Below are positions 10,336 through 20,794 of a stretch of DNA of 64,000 nucleotides, in pieces. Position 1 is the stretch's first letter. Every line of letters begins with the position of its first letter. Source of the DNA: Vulcanimicrobiota bacterium (GTDB taxonomy: Bacteria; Vulcanimicrobiota; Vulcanimicrobiia; Vulcanimicrobiales; Vulcanimicrobiaceae); NCBI GenBank assembly GCA_963812155.1, contig CAWETW010000002.1, forward strand, positions 160,001-224,000, in the 5' to 3' direction. Made by a program: the position numbers and the translations under genes. Below the pieces are notes generated by a model. It worked only from the letters and a program-made list of their open reading frames with translations, was not told where the DNA came from and did not search any database.

Positions 10336-13071
10336 ATGAGCAATCTGGAAAAAAACAAAAAAGGCCGGCGGGTAGACGTCTTCTTCGCAACCCCGGGAGC
10401 TCGAGAAGATCGTTGGCGCGATGTCGTCGATGCCGCCAAGAAGTGGGCTGCTGGGACCGGCAGCCGCGCGGAGTTCGAGTCGGCACTGAGCGAAGCAGCC
10501 GTGATCGAAGAGTTTCACGGCTATCCTGGGCCGAGCCTGATGGCGGCGCTACGCGATCGTGCCGAGAGCGATGATTCCACGGGGGCTTCCGCGCTCGCAT
10601 GGCGGATCGCTTCGGCGTTGCTCACGCGCTCGTTTAGGCAGCATGCGTCGGATTGGGATCCGCATGCTGATATCTCGAGCACCGTCCCCGACGTATTGCC
10701 GCCGACGCTAGGGCGGCCCGCGGCCGCGCCTCCGTATTTCGAAGTTCTCATCGTCACGGGAGCGCCGATCGAACGATGGGCGTCGATCGCGGCGGAGTGG
10801 CGCCGGCTGCGCCGTCCTCAAGACGAGTTCGTCTACGAGCCGGTCGTCGTCGGCACCGCCGAGGATGCAGTCTGCGCAACAATGTTGAACGCGGACCTCG
10901 CGGCCGTGGTGATCCACGAGGGTTTTGGATATCGCTCGCGACACGACGCCCCGGTCTTGCGCGGCATCGTCGATCCCGTCGCGAAGGAAGAGCTTTCGGA
11001 CGGATCCGCGCTACGCTTGGCGCGGGTCATTCATCAGGCGCGACCCGAGCTCGATCTCTACCTGCTTTCGGATCGACGCGTCGAGGAGATCGCCGGCGAT
11101 CCGGCAGCCGACATCGTGCGGCGCGTCTTCTACGCCGTCGAGGAGCTGCTCGAACTGCACCTGGCGATACTCGAAGGCGTTGCCGCGCGCTATGAGACGC
11201 CGTTCTTCGATAACTTGAAGAAGTATGCGGAACGCCCGATCACGACGTTTCACGCTCTCCCGATCGCCCGCGGCGCGTCGATTTTCAAGTCGGACTGGAT
11301 CCGGGACATGGGCGAGTTTTACGGCCCGAACCTGTTCCTCGCCGAGAGCAGCGCAACGACCGGCGGTCTCGACAGCATGCTCGAGCCGACGGGCACCATC
11401 AAGCGCGCTCAAGAGATGACGGCTCGCGCGTTCGGCGCCGAGCGCGTATTCTTCGTCACCAACGGGACATCGACCAGCAACAAGATGGTCGTGCAGGCGT
11501 TGCTGTCGCCCGGCGACATCGCGATCGTCGACCGTAACTGCCACAAGTCCCATCACTACGGGATGGTGCTAGCCGGAGCGCAGCCGCTGTACGTCGAGGC
11601 CTTCCCTCTGACCGATTACTCGATGTACGGCGCGGTGCCGCTGCGCACGATTAAACAGGCGCTCCTTACGGCAAAACGCGAGGGGCGGCTCGATCGCGTC
11701 AAGATGGTCGATCTAACCAACTGCACGTTTGACGGCCACATCTACAACACGCGCCAAGTTATGGAAGAGTGTCTGGCGATCAAACCGGACTTGATCTTCC
11801 TGTGGGACGAGGCGTGGTTCGGGTTCGCGCGCTGGTCGCCGTTCCTGCGCCCGCGCACGGGGATGGGCGCCGCAGCCGACATCGAGGAGTGGCTGCGCGA
11901 CCCGGCGAGCGTCGCCGCCTACGAGCGACAGCTCGCCGAGTTGGGGAAGGATCCGTCCGACGAAAAACTGCTCGATACGCGGCTGCTGCCGGATCCCCGC
12001 AAAGTACGGCTTCGCGTCTACCAGACCAACTCCACGCACAAGTCGATGTCGGCGTTGCGGCAAGGGTCGATGATCCTGGTGAAGGACGTGGAGTATCACA
12101 CCGTCGAGCAACAGTTCAAGGAAGCCGTGTTCACGCACGCTTCCACCAGTCCCAACCAGCAGCTGATCGCCAGCCTCGACGTTGCGCGGCGCCAGATGGA
12201 ACTCGAAGGCTTCGGCCTCGTCGCCAATGCGATCGAGATAGCGATGGCGATTCGCCGAGAGGTGAATCGGCATCCGCTGATTTCCAAGTACTTTCGTGTC
12301 GTCGGAGCGGAAGGGATGGTTCCTGCGGAGTACCGCCGGAGCGGCTTCACCGACTTCCTCGCAGCGGATTCGGACTGGGCCAAGATGCGCACGAGCATGC
12401 GGGACGACGAGTTCTGCCTCGATCCTACGCGGATGACGCTCGTTTGCGGCACGTCCGGCTACGACGGAACTCAGTTCAAGAATCTGCTGGCAAACGAGTA
12501 CAACATCCAGCTCAACAAGACGTCGCGCAACAGCGTCTTGCTGCAGTCGAACATCAACAACACGCGCAGCGACGTGGCGCACTTGATCCGGGTCCTCGTC
12601 CAGATAAGCCGTGAGATTGAAGAACGGCTCGCGTCCGGCGGCGAAGGCGAACGTACCGAGTTTGCGGCCCGCGTAAAAAGCTTGATGACGGACGTCCCGG
12701 ATCTGCCGAACTTCAGCTACTTTCACGAAGCGTTTCGACACGATGCGGGGGCCGGGACCAACGAAGGCGACATCCGAACCGGATTCTACGCCGCCTACGA
12801 TGTCGAAGGATGCGACCACATTCCGCTGCACGATAAGGAGATCGATCGCCGCTTGAAGGACGGGCCGCCGCTCGTATCGGCGAATTTCGTCATCCCGTAT
12901 CCGCCCGGCTTCCCGATCATGGTACCAGGCCAAGTCATCACGGCGGACACGATCGACTTCATGCGCAAGCTGGATGTGAAGGAGATTCACGGCTACAATG
13001 CGGCGCAGGGGTTGAAGCTCATTAGCTCCGCCGCGTTGGCGAAGCTCGACCGTCGTAAGGCGCACCGTTAG
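10336..13071 (+). CDS. Large PLP-dependent Orn/Lys/Arg-family amino acid decarboxylase
   Basis: FVTNGTSTSNK, DRNCHKSHH, TNCTFDG, WDEAW, STHKS (PLP Lys), STSPN, PYPPGFP; long N-terminal extension. Confidence 0.9.
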   Translation: MSNLEKNKKGRRVDVFFATPGAREDRWRDVVDAAKKWAAGTGSRAEFESALSEAAVIEEFHGYPGPSLMAALRDRAESDDSTGASALAWRIASALLTRSFRQHASDWDPHADISSTVPDVLPPTLGRPAAAPPYFEVLIVTGAPIERWASIAAEWRRLRRPQDEFVYEPVVVGTAEDAVCATMLNADLAAVVIHEGFGYRSRHDAPVLRGIVDPVAKEELSDGSALRLARVIHQARPELDLYLLSDRRVEEIAGDPAADIVRRVFYAVEELLELHLAILEGVAARYETPFFDNLKKYAERPITTFHALPIARGASIFKSDWIRDMGEFYGPNLFLAESSATTGGLDSMLEPTGTIKRAQEMTARAFGAERVFFVTNGTSTSNKMVVQALLSPGDIAIVDRNCHKSHHYGMVLAGAQPLYVEAFPLTDYSMYGAVPLRTIKQALLTAKREGRLDRVKMVDLTNCTFDGHIYNTRQVMEECLAIKPDLIFLWDEAWFGFARWSPFLRPRTGMGAAADIEEWLRDPASVAAYERQLAELGKDPSDEKLLDTRLLPDPRKVRLRVYQTNSTHKSMSALRQGSMILVKDVEYHTVEQQFKEAVFTHASTSPNQQLIASLDVARRQMELEGFGLVANAIEIAMAIRREVNRHPLISKYFRVVGAEGMVPAEYRRSGFTDFLAADSDWAKMRTSMRDDEFCLDPTRMTLVCGTSGYDGTQFKNLLANEYNIQLNKTSRNSVLLQSNINNTRSDVAHLIRVLVQISREIEERLASGGEGERTEFAARVKSLMTDVPDLPNFSYFHEAFRHDAGAGTNEGDIRTGFYAAYDVEGCDHIPLHDKEIDRRLKDGPPLVSANFVIPYPPGFPIMVPGQVITADTIDFMRKLDVKEIHGYNAAQGLKLISSAALAKLDRRKAHR

Positions 13072-13182
13072 GCGCAACGTGGCGCCTGAAAAGGAAGAGC
13101 TGGTCATGTCCTGATCTCTGCGACGTCATCTCAAATCGAGTACCACCGAATCTAACCGTCCTCCATGAAAGAAGGATCACGA

Positions 13183-13854
13183 ATGCAACGCTTGGCTATT
13201 TCGCTCTGCTGTGGACTCGCGCTCTTTGCGACGTCGGCGACGGCCGGCTTGGCCCAGCCCAACGTCTCGGGAACGTGGACGATTCAGCAGTCCGGATTGA
13301 ACGGCACTTCGACTTCGACCGTTACGCTGCACCAATCCGGCAACGGCATCGTCGGAACCAACGCCTCAAACGGAAACGGGTTCACGGGGGAGTTCGCCAC
13401 CAACGACCGGATCGACGCAAAGTGGCACGGTCCCGGCGGCGCGGGTTGGCTGACCGTCTACGTGACCGCAAACGGCCACAGCTTTAACGGCACGTGGGGC
13501 TATAACGGACGTCCTGCCAACGGCTCTTTTGTCGGAAACAAAGTTCTACCGCCGTCGCCGATCTCGGCGGCGGGCACCTGGCACGTTACCGGCGCGGGCG
13601 GTCAGACGAAATTCGTCGGAACGATGAAGTGTACGCAGTCGGGTCCAACCGTCGTCTGCCACGCCACCGATGTCACGTTCAACGGCAAGTTCGTCGCCAA
13701 GGACAAGGTCCGGGCAACGTGGACCGGCGGGGCCAAGTCGGGCTGGTTCTCGTTTTGGTTCAACGGCGACAACAATAGCTTCAATGGTATCTGGGGCAAC
13801 GGAACCGATATGAGTTCGGCGGTCGGCCGCGTCGTGGGTCAACGCTCGCTCTGA
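13183..13854 (+). CDS. Secreted protein with two ~95-aa Gly/Trp-rich beta repeats
   Basis: Signal peptide; repeated GxW...QSG...W-x4-GxGW...SFxGxWG; paralog at 57127. Confidence 0.8.
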   Translation: MQRLAISLCCGLALFATSATAGLAQPNVSGTWTIQQSGLNGTSTSTVTLHQSGNGIVGTNASNGNGFTGEFATNDRIDAKWHGPGGAGWLTVYVTANGHSFNGTWGYNGRPANGSFVGNKVLPPSPISAAGTWHVTGAGGQTKFVGTMKCTQSGPTVVCHATDVTFNGKFVAKDKVRATWTGGAKSGWFSFWFNGDNNSFNGIWGNGTDMSSAVGRVVGQRSL

Positions 13855-13902
13855 GTCCGAGCCACGGCTCGCCCGAGCTTGCATCGCGCGTGACGTAACG
13901 CA

Positions 13903-14703
13903 ATGGTCGATATTCTCGATCCAATTCCGACGTGGGCGCTCATGCTCGTATCGGTGCTCTTGATCCTCGCCGCAAACGAGGTTGGTTTCCGTCTTGGCCG
14001 AGGCAAGGGGCCGGGACTCGGCGCTCAGGATCCCGCCGCAATCGTGCAGGGAGCAGCGTTCACGGTTTTGGCGCTGCTTCTAGGGTTTTCGTTCGCACTC
14101 GCCCTTGGCCGGTATGACGCTCGGCGCGGCGCTCTCATGCGAGAGGCCAATGCCATCACTACGACGTGGCTGCGGTCGCAACTCCTCGATCCAGCGGACG
14201 CGCGGGCCGTGGGCGCCGATCTTCGCATCTACGTTGCGCAACGCATTGCATTTGCGCGAGCCGAGGCCGACCCCATTCTACGGGCAACCGCCGACGAGAA
14301 GTCGAGGGCGATCCAGCGCAAGCTTTGGCTAGCGACGCTGCAAATCGCGCATCGCGACCCGCATTCCACCATCGTGCCGCTCTTCATCGCGGCGCTCAAC
14401 GATGCCATCAATCTGAGCACCGAGGAACGCGCCGTCCTCACCACTCACATTCCGGACGTCGTAACGATCGGACTGCTATTAATCGCCTTCATCGCAGCGG
14501 CAATGATGGGCTATCGCTTGGGGCGCCAAGGGGAGCGTGCGACGATCTTCAAGGCGTGCTATGCCGTCATGCTGGCCATCACGCTCGGTTTGGTTCTCGA
14601 TTTGGACCGCCCGCAGCGCGGCCTGATCCGAGTCAATCTGACGCCGTTGCAGACCGTCCAAGGCGCCATCGAGGGAACGGCCGCGCAGCCCACTCCACCG
14701 TAA
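13903..14703 (+). CDS. DUF4239-like (bestrophin-like) membrane protein
   Basis: LLLGFSF...RYDARR...EANAI and LDLDRPQRGLIRV motifs; about 4 TM segments. Confidence 0.75.
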   Translation: MVDILDPIPTWALMLVSVLLILAANEVGFRLGRGKGPGLGAQDPAAIVQGAAFTVLALLLGFSFALALGRYDARRGALMREANAITTTWLRSQLLDPADARAVGADLRIYVAQRIAFARAEADPILRATADEKSRAIQRKLWLATLQIAHRDPHSTIVPLFIAALNDAINLSTEERAVLTTHIPDVVTIGLLLIAFIAAAMMGYRLGRQGERATIFKACYAVMLAITLGLVLDLDRPQRGLIRVNLTPLQTVQGAIEGTAAQPTPP

Positions 14704-14719
14704 CGTTCTAACGTTACGG
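14698..14719. terminator. Hairpin between convergent CDS and tRNA 3' end
   Basis: ccgtaacgtt-ct-aacgttacgg inverted repeat; no U-tract. Confidence 0.4.
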
Positions 14720-14723
14720 CTCG

Positions 14724-14798
14724 TGGTGGGCCTGGTAGGATTCGAACCTACGCGCAACCAGTTATGAGCCGGCCGCTCTACCGCTGAGCTACAGGCCC
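14724..14798 (-). tRNA. tRNA with CAT anticodon, most likely tRNA-Ile2 (lysidine); encoded CCA
   Basis: 75-nt cloverleaf GGGCCTG TAGCTCAGCGGTAGAGC GGCCGG CTCATAA CTGGT..GTAGGTTCGAATCCTAC CAGGCCC ACCA. Paired G1-C72 and no GGG/CCC anticodon stem, so not an initiator; the Ile2 versus elongator Met call is less certain. Confidence 0.92.
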
Positions 14799-14851
14799 GG
14801 TAGACGCGCAACGGTTACACGATACGCCGCGGCAAGGCGCGCGTCCCCGTG

Positions 14852-15172
14852 CTACGAGCCGGGCGGATGAAAGGATACGTGCTCGCGAATCGCGCGATCG
14901 ACGTCCTCGACGGTCATCAGCGGCGTCATCCCGCTCGCGATTGCGCCCGACGCCCGGACCGTCATCGCAATCGCCAGCGCGGTATCGGCACTCGGAACGT
15001 CGATAATCAGGATCGCGTCGTCGGTCCCGAACATGAAGTAGAACGCTTCGAGCGTTCCCCCCAGCGATGCGAGCAGCGCTTCGACGGCTTTCTTTCGTCC
15101 GGAGCCGCCGTCTTTGAGCACGCCCTTCGCGCCTTCGGGCGTGTATTGTGCTTGAACCAAGAATTTCGGCAT
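14852..15172 (-). CDS. GYD domain protein
   Basis: YTPEGAKG...GGTLEAFYFMFGTDD...TPLMTVED; SD GGAGG. Confidence 0.85.
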   Translation of the reverse strand: MPKFLVQAQYTPEGAKGVLKDGGSGRKKAVEALLASLGGTLEAFYFMFGTDDAILIIDVPSADTALAIAMTVRASGAIASGMTPLMTVEDVDRAIREHVSFHPPGS

Positions 15173-15298
15173 AAGGACCTCCGTGCACGGATGCTACGCC
15201 GAACTTCACCGCCGTCCCGTTTTCGACGGCAAAGGACTCCCGCGAGCGTGGCCCTGAATAGCCGCCTCAGCGATCAACGCCTTCACGAAGGAGGTCTC

Positions 15299-15769
15299 GT
15301 GGCCATTCGAATCGGCGCTCTTGCGTTTGCGCTCGCGCTCGTGCCTGCGGCCGTCGCGGCCGCTCAAAGTCCGCCGCCACCCGCGCCGATTTTGCAGCTT
15401 GCGAACGCGGTGATCCACGCTGCGAACACCGACGATGCCTCCGCGCTCTCCGCCCTCTACAGCGGCGACGCGGTCGTCGTCGACGAGAATCCGCCGTTTC
15501 GCTGGCGCGGCGCCGGCGCGGGCGTCGCCTGGTGGCATTCCGTCGAAGCGGTCACGCGAAAGGCGAAGTTACTGCACCTCAAGTCGGTCAACGTTCGTCT
15601 TGGCGAGTTCAAGCAATCTGCAACCAATGCATATCTCGTCCAGGCCATGACGGTAACGGGCATCATGGCGGGCAAGCCGTTCGCCGAAGCCGGAACGATG
15701 ACGTACACCTTCCACGCGACGGGCGGAAAATGGCTGATTTCCAGCATGGTGTGGACGACGAAGCCTTAG
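15299..15769 (+). CDS. Secreted NTF2/SnoaL-like protein
   Basis: GTG after AAGGAGGT; signal peptide; DAVVVDENPPFRWRG, GKWLISSMVW. Confidence 0.75.
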   Translation: MAIRIGALAFALALVPAAVAAAQSPPPPAPILQLANAVIHAANTDDASALSALYSGDAVVVDENPPFRWRGAGAGVAWWHSVEAVTRKAKLLHLKSVNVRLGEFKQSATNAYLVQAMTVTGIMAGKPFAEAGTMTYTFHATGGKWLISSMVWTTKP

Positions 15770-15787
15770 GAGCATCGTTGTAACGCC

Positions 15788-16294
15788 GTGCCGGAATTTC
15801 GTTCGCTCTTTGAAACGCCCATCGGCACAATCGAGCTTGCCGTGAATGACGAGTGCTCGCTGACCGAGATTCTGCTCCCTAATCGCGGCCCATTCGCGCC
15901 CTCGCCGCAGCCGTCGTCGCCGGCGGCAGCGCGAACGATGCGTGTGGTGAAACGGCAACTCGAAGAATACTTTACGGGCAGGCGAACGATTTTCGATCTG
16001 CCGCTGCAGTTTTCCGGGTCGCCGTTCGAACGCCGCGTGTGGACGACGCTGCTCGAAATACCGTTCGGCGTTACGACATCGTACGGTGCGATCGCAACGG
16101 AGCTCGGTCTGATCAACGGGGCGCGCGCCGTAGGCCGCGCCAATGGTGCGAATCCCATACCCATCGTGATCCCATGCCATCGCGTGATCGGATCGGATGG
16201 TCGTCTGACCGGCTACGGAGGCGGCTTGCCCCTGAAACGCGCGTTGCTCGAACTCGAAGGAGCGCTCGCATCGCCGGAACTGCCTTTGCTTTAG
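15788..16294 (+). CDS. ogt: Methylated-DNA--protein-cysteine methyltransferase
   Basis: ARAVGRANGANPIPIVIPCHRVIG, GYGGGL. Confidence 0.95.
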   Translation: MPEFRSLFETPIGTIELAVNDECSLTEILLPNRGPFAPSPQPSSPAAARTMRVVKRQLEEYFTGRRTIFDLPLQFSGSPFERRVWTTLLEIPFGVTTSYGAIATELGLINGARAVGRANGANPIPIVIPCHRVIGSDGRLTGYGGGLPLKRALLELEGALASPELPLL

Positions 16295-16328
16295 ATTCGC
16301 AAGGCGGTACGTTCGCGCTTAGGCGGCC

Positions 16329-17993
16329 TTAGTGCGCCAGCACTTGGTGCACGAAGGAGATGGCGATGGAGCCTTCGCCGACCGCCGAAGCGACGCGTTT
16401 GACGCTGCCGCCGCGAACGTCCCCCACTGCAAACACCGCCGGCAAACTCGTTTCGAGCAGAAACGGCGGCCGCGCAAGCTTCCATCCAGCGGCGGACAAG
16501 TCGTCGGCGTTCAGCTCGGGACCGGTCTTGACGAAGCCCTTTTCATCCAACGTCAGACAGCCGTCGAGCCAGGCGCTGTTCGGCTCGGCACCGGTCATGA
16601 GAAATACGTGGGGGATGTTGCGTTCCTCGGTTGCACCGGTTTGATTGTTGCGCCAGCGAACGCGCTCGAGCCGATCGCTGCCCAGCAGCTCAACGACTTC
16701 CGTATGCGTAAGGAGTTCGATGTTCGGCGTCAGCTCGATGCGTCGGCTGAGGTAGCGCGACATGCTTTGCGCGAGACCGTTCGACCGCACCAGCAGGTAA
16801 ACGCGCTTGGCGGTCGCGGCCAGAAACACCGCGGCCTGCCCGGCTGAATTGCCGCCCCCGACGATGACCACCTCGTCGCCGGCGCAGAGTTGCGATTCGA
16901 CGAACGTCGCGCCGTAGTAGACGCCTCTGCCTTCAAACTGCTCGAGGTTTTCCAACGCGGGTTTGCGATACTGCACGCCGCTCGCGATCACGATCGAACG
17001 TGCCCGAATCTCGCCGCCGCTTTCCAGCTGCACGCGATACGGATGGCGTTCGCAGTGCAAGCGCAACGCGCGGTCGATCAACACTTGCGCACCGAATCGT
17101 TCCGCTTGGGTGTAGGCCCGCCCCGCCAGTTCCTGTCCGGAAACGCCGGCGGGGAAGCCGAGATAGTTTTCGATGCGCGACGTCGACCCGGCTTGCCCGC
17201 CCGGCGCATTGGTCTCGATCACGAGCACGTCGAGCCCCTCGGACGCGCCATAGACTGCGGCCGCAAGTCCCGACGGGCCGGCACCGATGACGACGACGTC
17301 GCGAACGTGCCTCCGATCGATCGACTCGTTGAAGCCCAAACACTCGGCCACCTCGCGGTTTGACGGGTTTCGCAAAACGTTTTTTCCCCGGCAAATGACG
17401 ACCGGTATCTCGTGCGCGGCGACGTGGAACCCACGCATCAGCTGCTCGACTTCCACATCGCCCTCGAGGTCCATATACGCGTACGGATGGCCGTTGCGCA
17501 TGAGAAACTCTTTGAGCCGCCAAGTGTCTGCGGAATGCGCGGATCCGACTAAGACGACGTCGCCGATGCCGGCGGTGACGAAGGCAACGCGCCGAAGGAT
17601 GAACGCGCGCATCACGAGCTCGCCGATTTCCGCATCGGTTTGTACGAGCGCCATCATCGTCTTCCGGTCGAGCTCGACGAGCTCGCCGTCCGTGGCGGCC
17701 TGGATACGGAACATCGCACGCCGGCCTGAGAGCGTGTTGATCTCACCGTTGAACTGGCCGCGCCCCTTTAATGTGACGATTCGTTTCTCGAGATCCGTCG
17801 GACGCACCGCTTCGAGTTCGCCGGAGAGGATGACGAAAAACGGCAACGCCGCGTCCCCTTGCTCGATGAGTACTTCACCGGCGGTGACGCGGCGTCGCGT
17901 GCCATGGCTATCCAGCCTCGCGATTTGCGCCTCGGAAAGCGTCGGGAAGATGTCTTCCCGCGCAGCGAGGAGGGGAAGCTCCGAACTGCTCAT
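16329..17993 (-). CDS. cNMP-binding domain fused to thioredoxin-reductase-like FAD oxidoreductase
   Basis: N-terminal cNMP fold; GAGPSG, IENYLGFP, GGGNSAGQAA, FAVGDVR. Confidence 0.9.
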   Translation of the reverse strand: MSSSELPLLAAREDIFPTLSEAQIARLDSHGTRRRVTAGEVLIEQGDAALPFFVILSGELEAVRPTDLEKRIVTLKGRGQFNGEINTLSGRRAMFRIQAATDGELVELDRKTMMALVQTDAEIGELVMRAFILRRVAFVTAGIGDVVLVGSAHSADTWRLKEFLMRNGHPYAYMDLEGDVEVEQLMRGFHVAAHEIPVVICRGKNVLRNPSNREVAECLGFNESIDRRHVRDVVVIGAGPSGLAAAVYGASEGLDVLVIETNAPGGQAGSTSRIENYLGFPAGVSGQELAGRAYTQAERFGAQVLIDRALRLHCERHPYRVQLESGGEIRARSIVIASGVQYRKPALENLEQFEGRGVYYGATFVESQLCAGDEVVIVGGGNSAGQAAVFLAATAKRVYLLVRSNGLAQSMSRYLSRRIELTPNIELLTHTEVVELLGSDRLERVRWRNNQTGATEERNIPHVFLMTGAEPNSAWLDGCLTLDEKGFVKTGPELNADDLSAAGWKLARPPFLLETSLPAVFAVGDVRGGSVKRVASAVGEGSIAISFVHQVLAH

Positions 17994-18023
17994 TTTTCGG
18001 CGCTTTGCCGCGCAGGCTCGATG

Positions 18024-20234
<2,211 letters not shown>

Positions 20235-20274
20235 CTACTATCTCTCCGATTGCGTGAAAGGAAGAAGGGAAGGC

Positions 20275-20303
20275 TTGACTCCCTTCTTGAAAGTGAATAT
20301 CAT
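20275..20303 (+). promoter_or_regulatory. Sigma70-type promoter for the Fur-family gene
   Basis: TTGACT-N17-TATCAT. Confidence 0.65.
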
Positions 20304-20308
20304 TCTCA
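20294..20308. promoter_or_regulatory. Fur/PerR-like operator
   Basis: TGAATATCATTCTCA (reverse TGAGAATGATATTCA) resembles the Fur-box core; AT-rich island between katG and fur. Confidence 0.6.
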
Positions 20309-20317
20309 GTATTGCTA

Positions 20318-20346
20318 AGAGTAGCGCCGCGGGCGCTTGGAGTCAA
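20318..20346 (-). promoter_or_regulatory. Sigma70-type promoter for katG
   Basis: Minus strand TTGACT-N17-TACTCT. Confidence 0.6.
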
Positions 20347-20356
20347 TAGGGCTACT

Positions 20357-20773
20357 ATGGCGTCGATCCTGCACACGAAGCTGCCAAAAAATTACCGGCT
20401 CATCTACGACATCGTCGAGGAGAGCGGGCTTGGCCGCCATCTGACGCCGACGCAGATCTACGCGAAGGCGCGCAGGCACCGGCCCGGCATCGGATTCTCG
20501 ACGGTGTATCGCGGCCTCGAGCGCTTGCGCGAGCTTGGACTGGTTTCGGAACTGCACGTCCCCGGTGCGGTCGCTGCAACGTTCGAGCCGGCCGGGCCGC
20601 GGCACGCCCATTTCCGGTGCAGCGAGTGCGGCGAAATCGAAGACGTCGAATACGCAATCCCGTCGCGCACGATTAAGGCGCTCGCACTGGAGCACGGTTT
20701 CGAGATCGATGGCGAGCGCGTGACCTTCGAAGGTCGCTGCGCGCCGTGCGGCGCACCCTCCGGCAAACGCTAG
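20357..20773 (+). CDS. Fur-family regulator (FurA/PerR-like)
   Basis: STVYRGLERL helix, HAHFRCSEC, CAPC; divergent from katG. Confidence 0.9.
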   Translation: MASILHTKLPKNYRLIYDIVEESGLGRHLTPTQIYAKARRHRPGIGFSTVYRGLERLRELGLVSELHVPGAVAATFEPAGPRHAHFRCSECGEIEDVEYAIPSRTIKALALEHGFEIDGERVTFEGRCAPCGAPSGKR

Positions 20774-20794
20774 CTCGCAAAACGGAGGCTTCGA

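Noticed and set aside
10349..10362. A7-C-A6 tract near the decarboxylase start as a phase-variation site
   Set aside because: In frame, encodes EKNKK; short A-rich 5' coding ends are common
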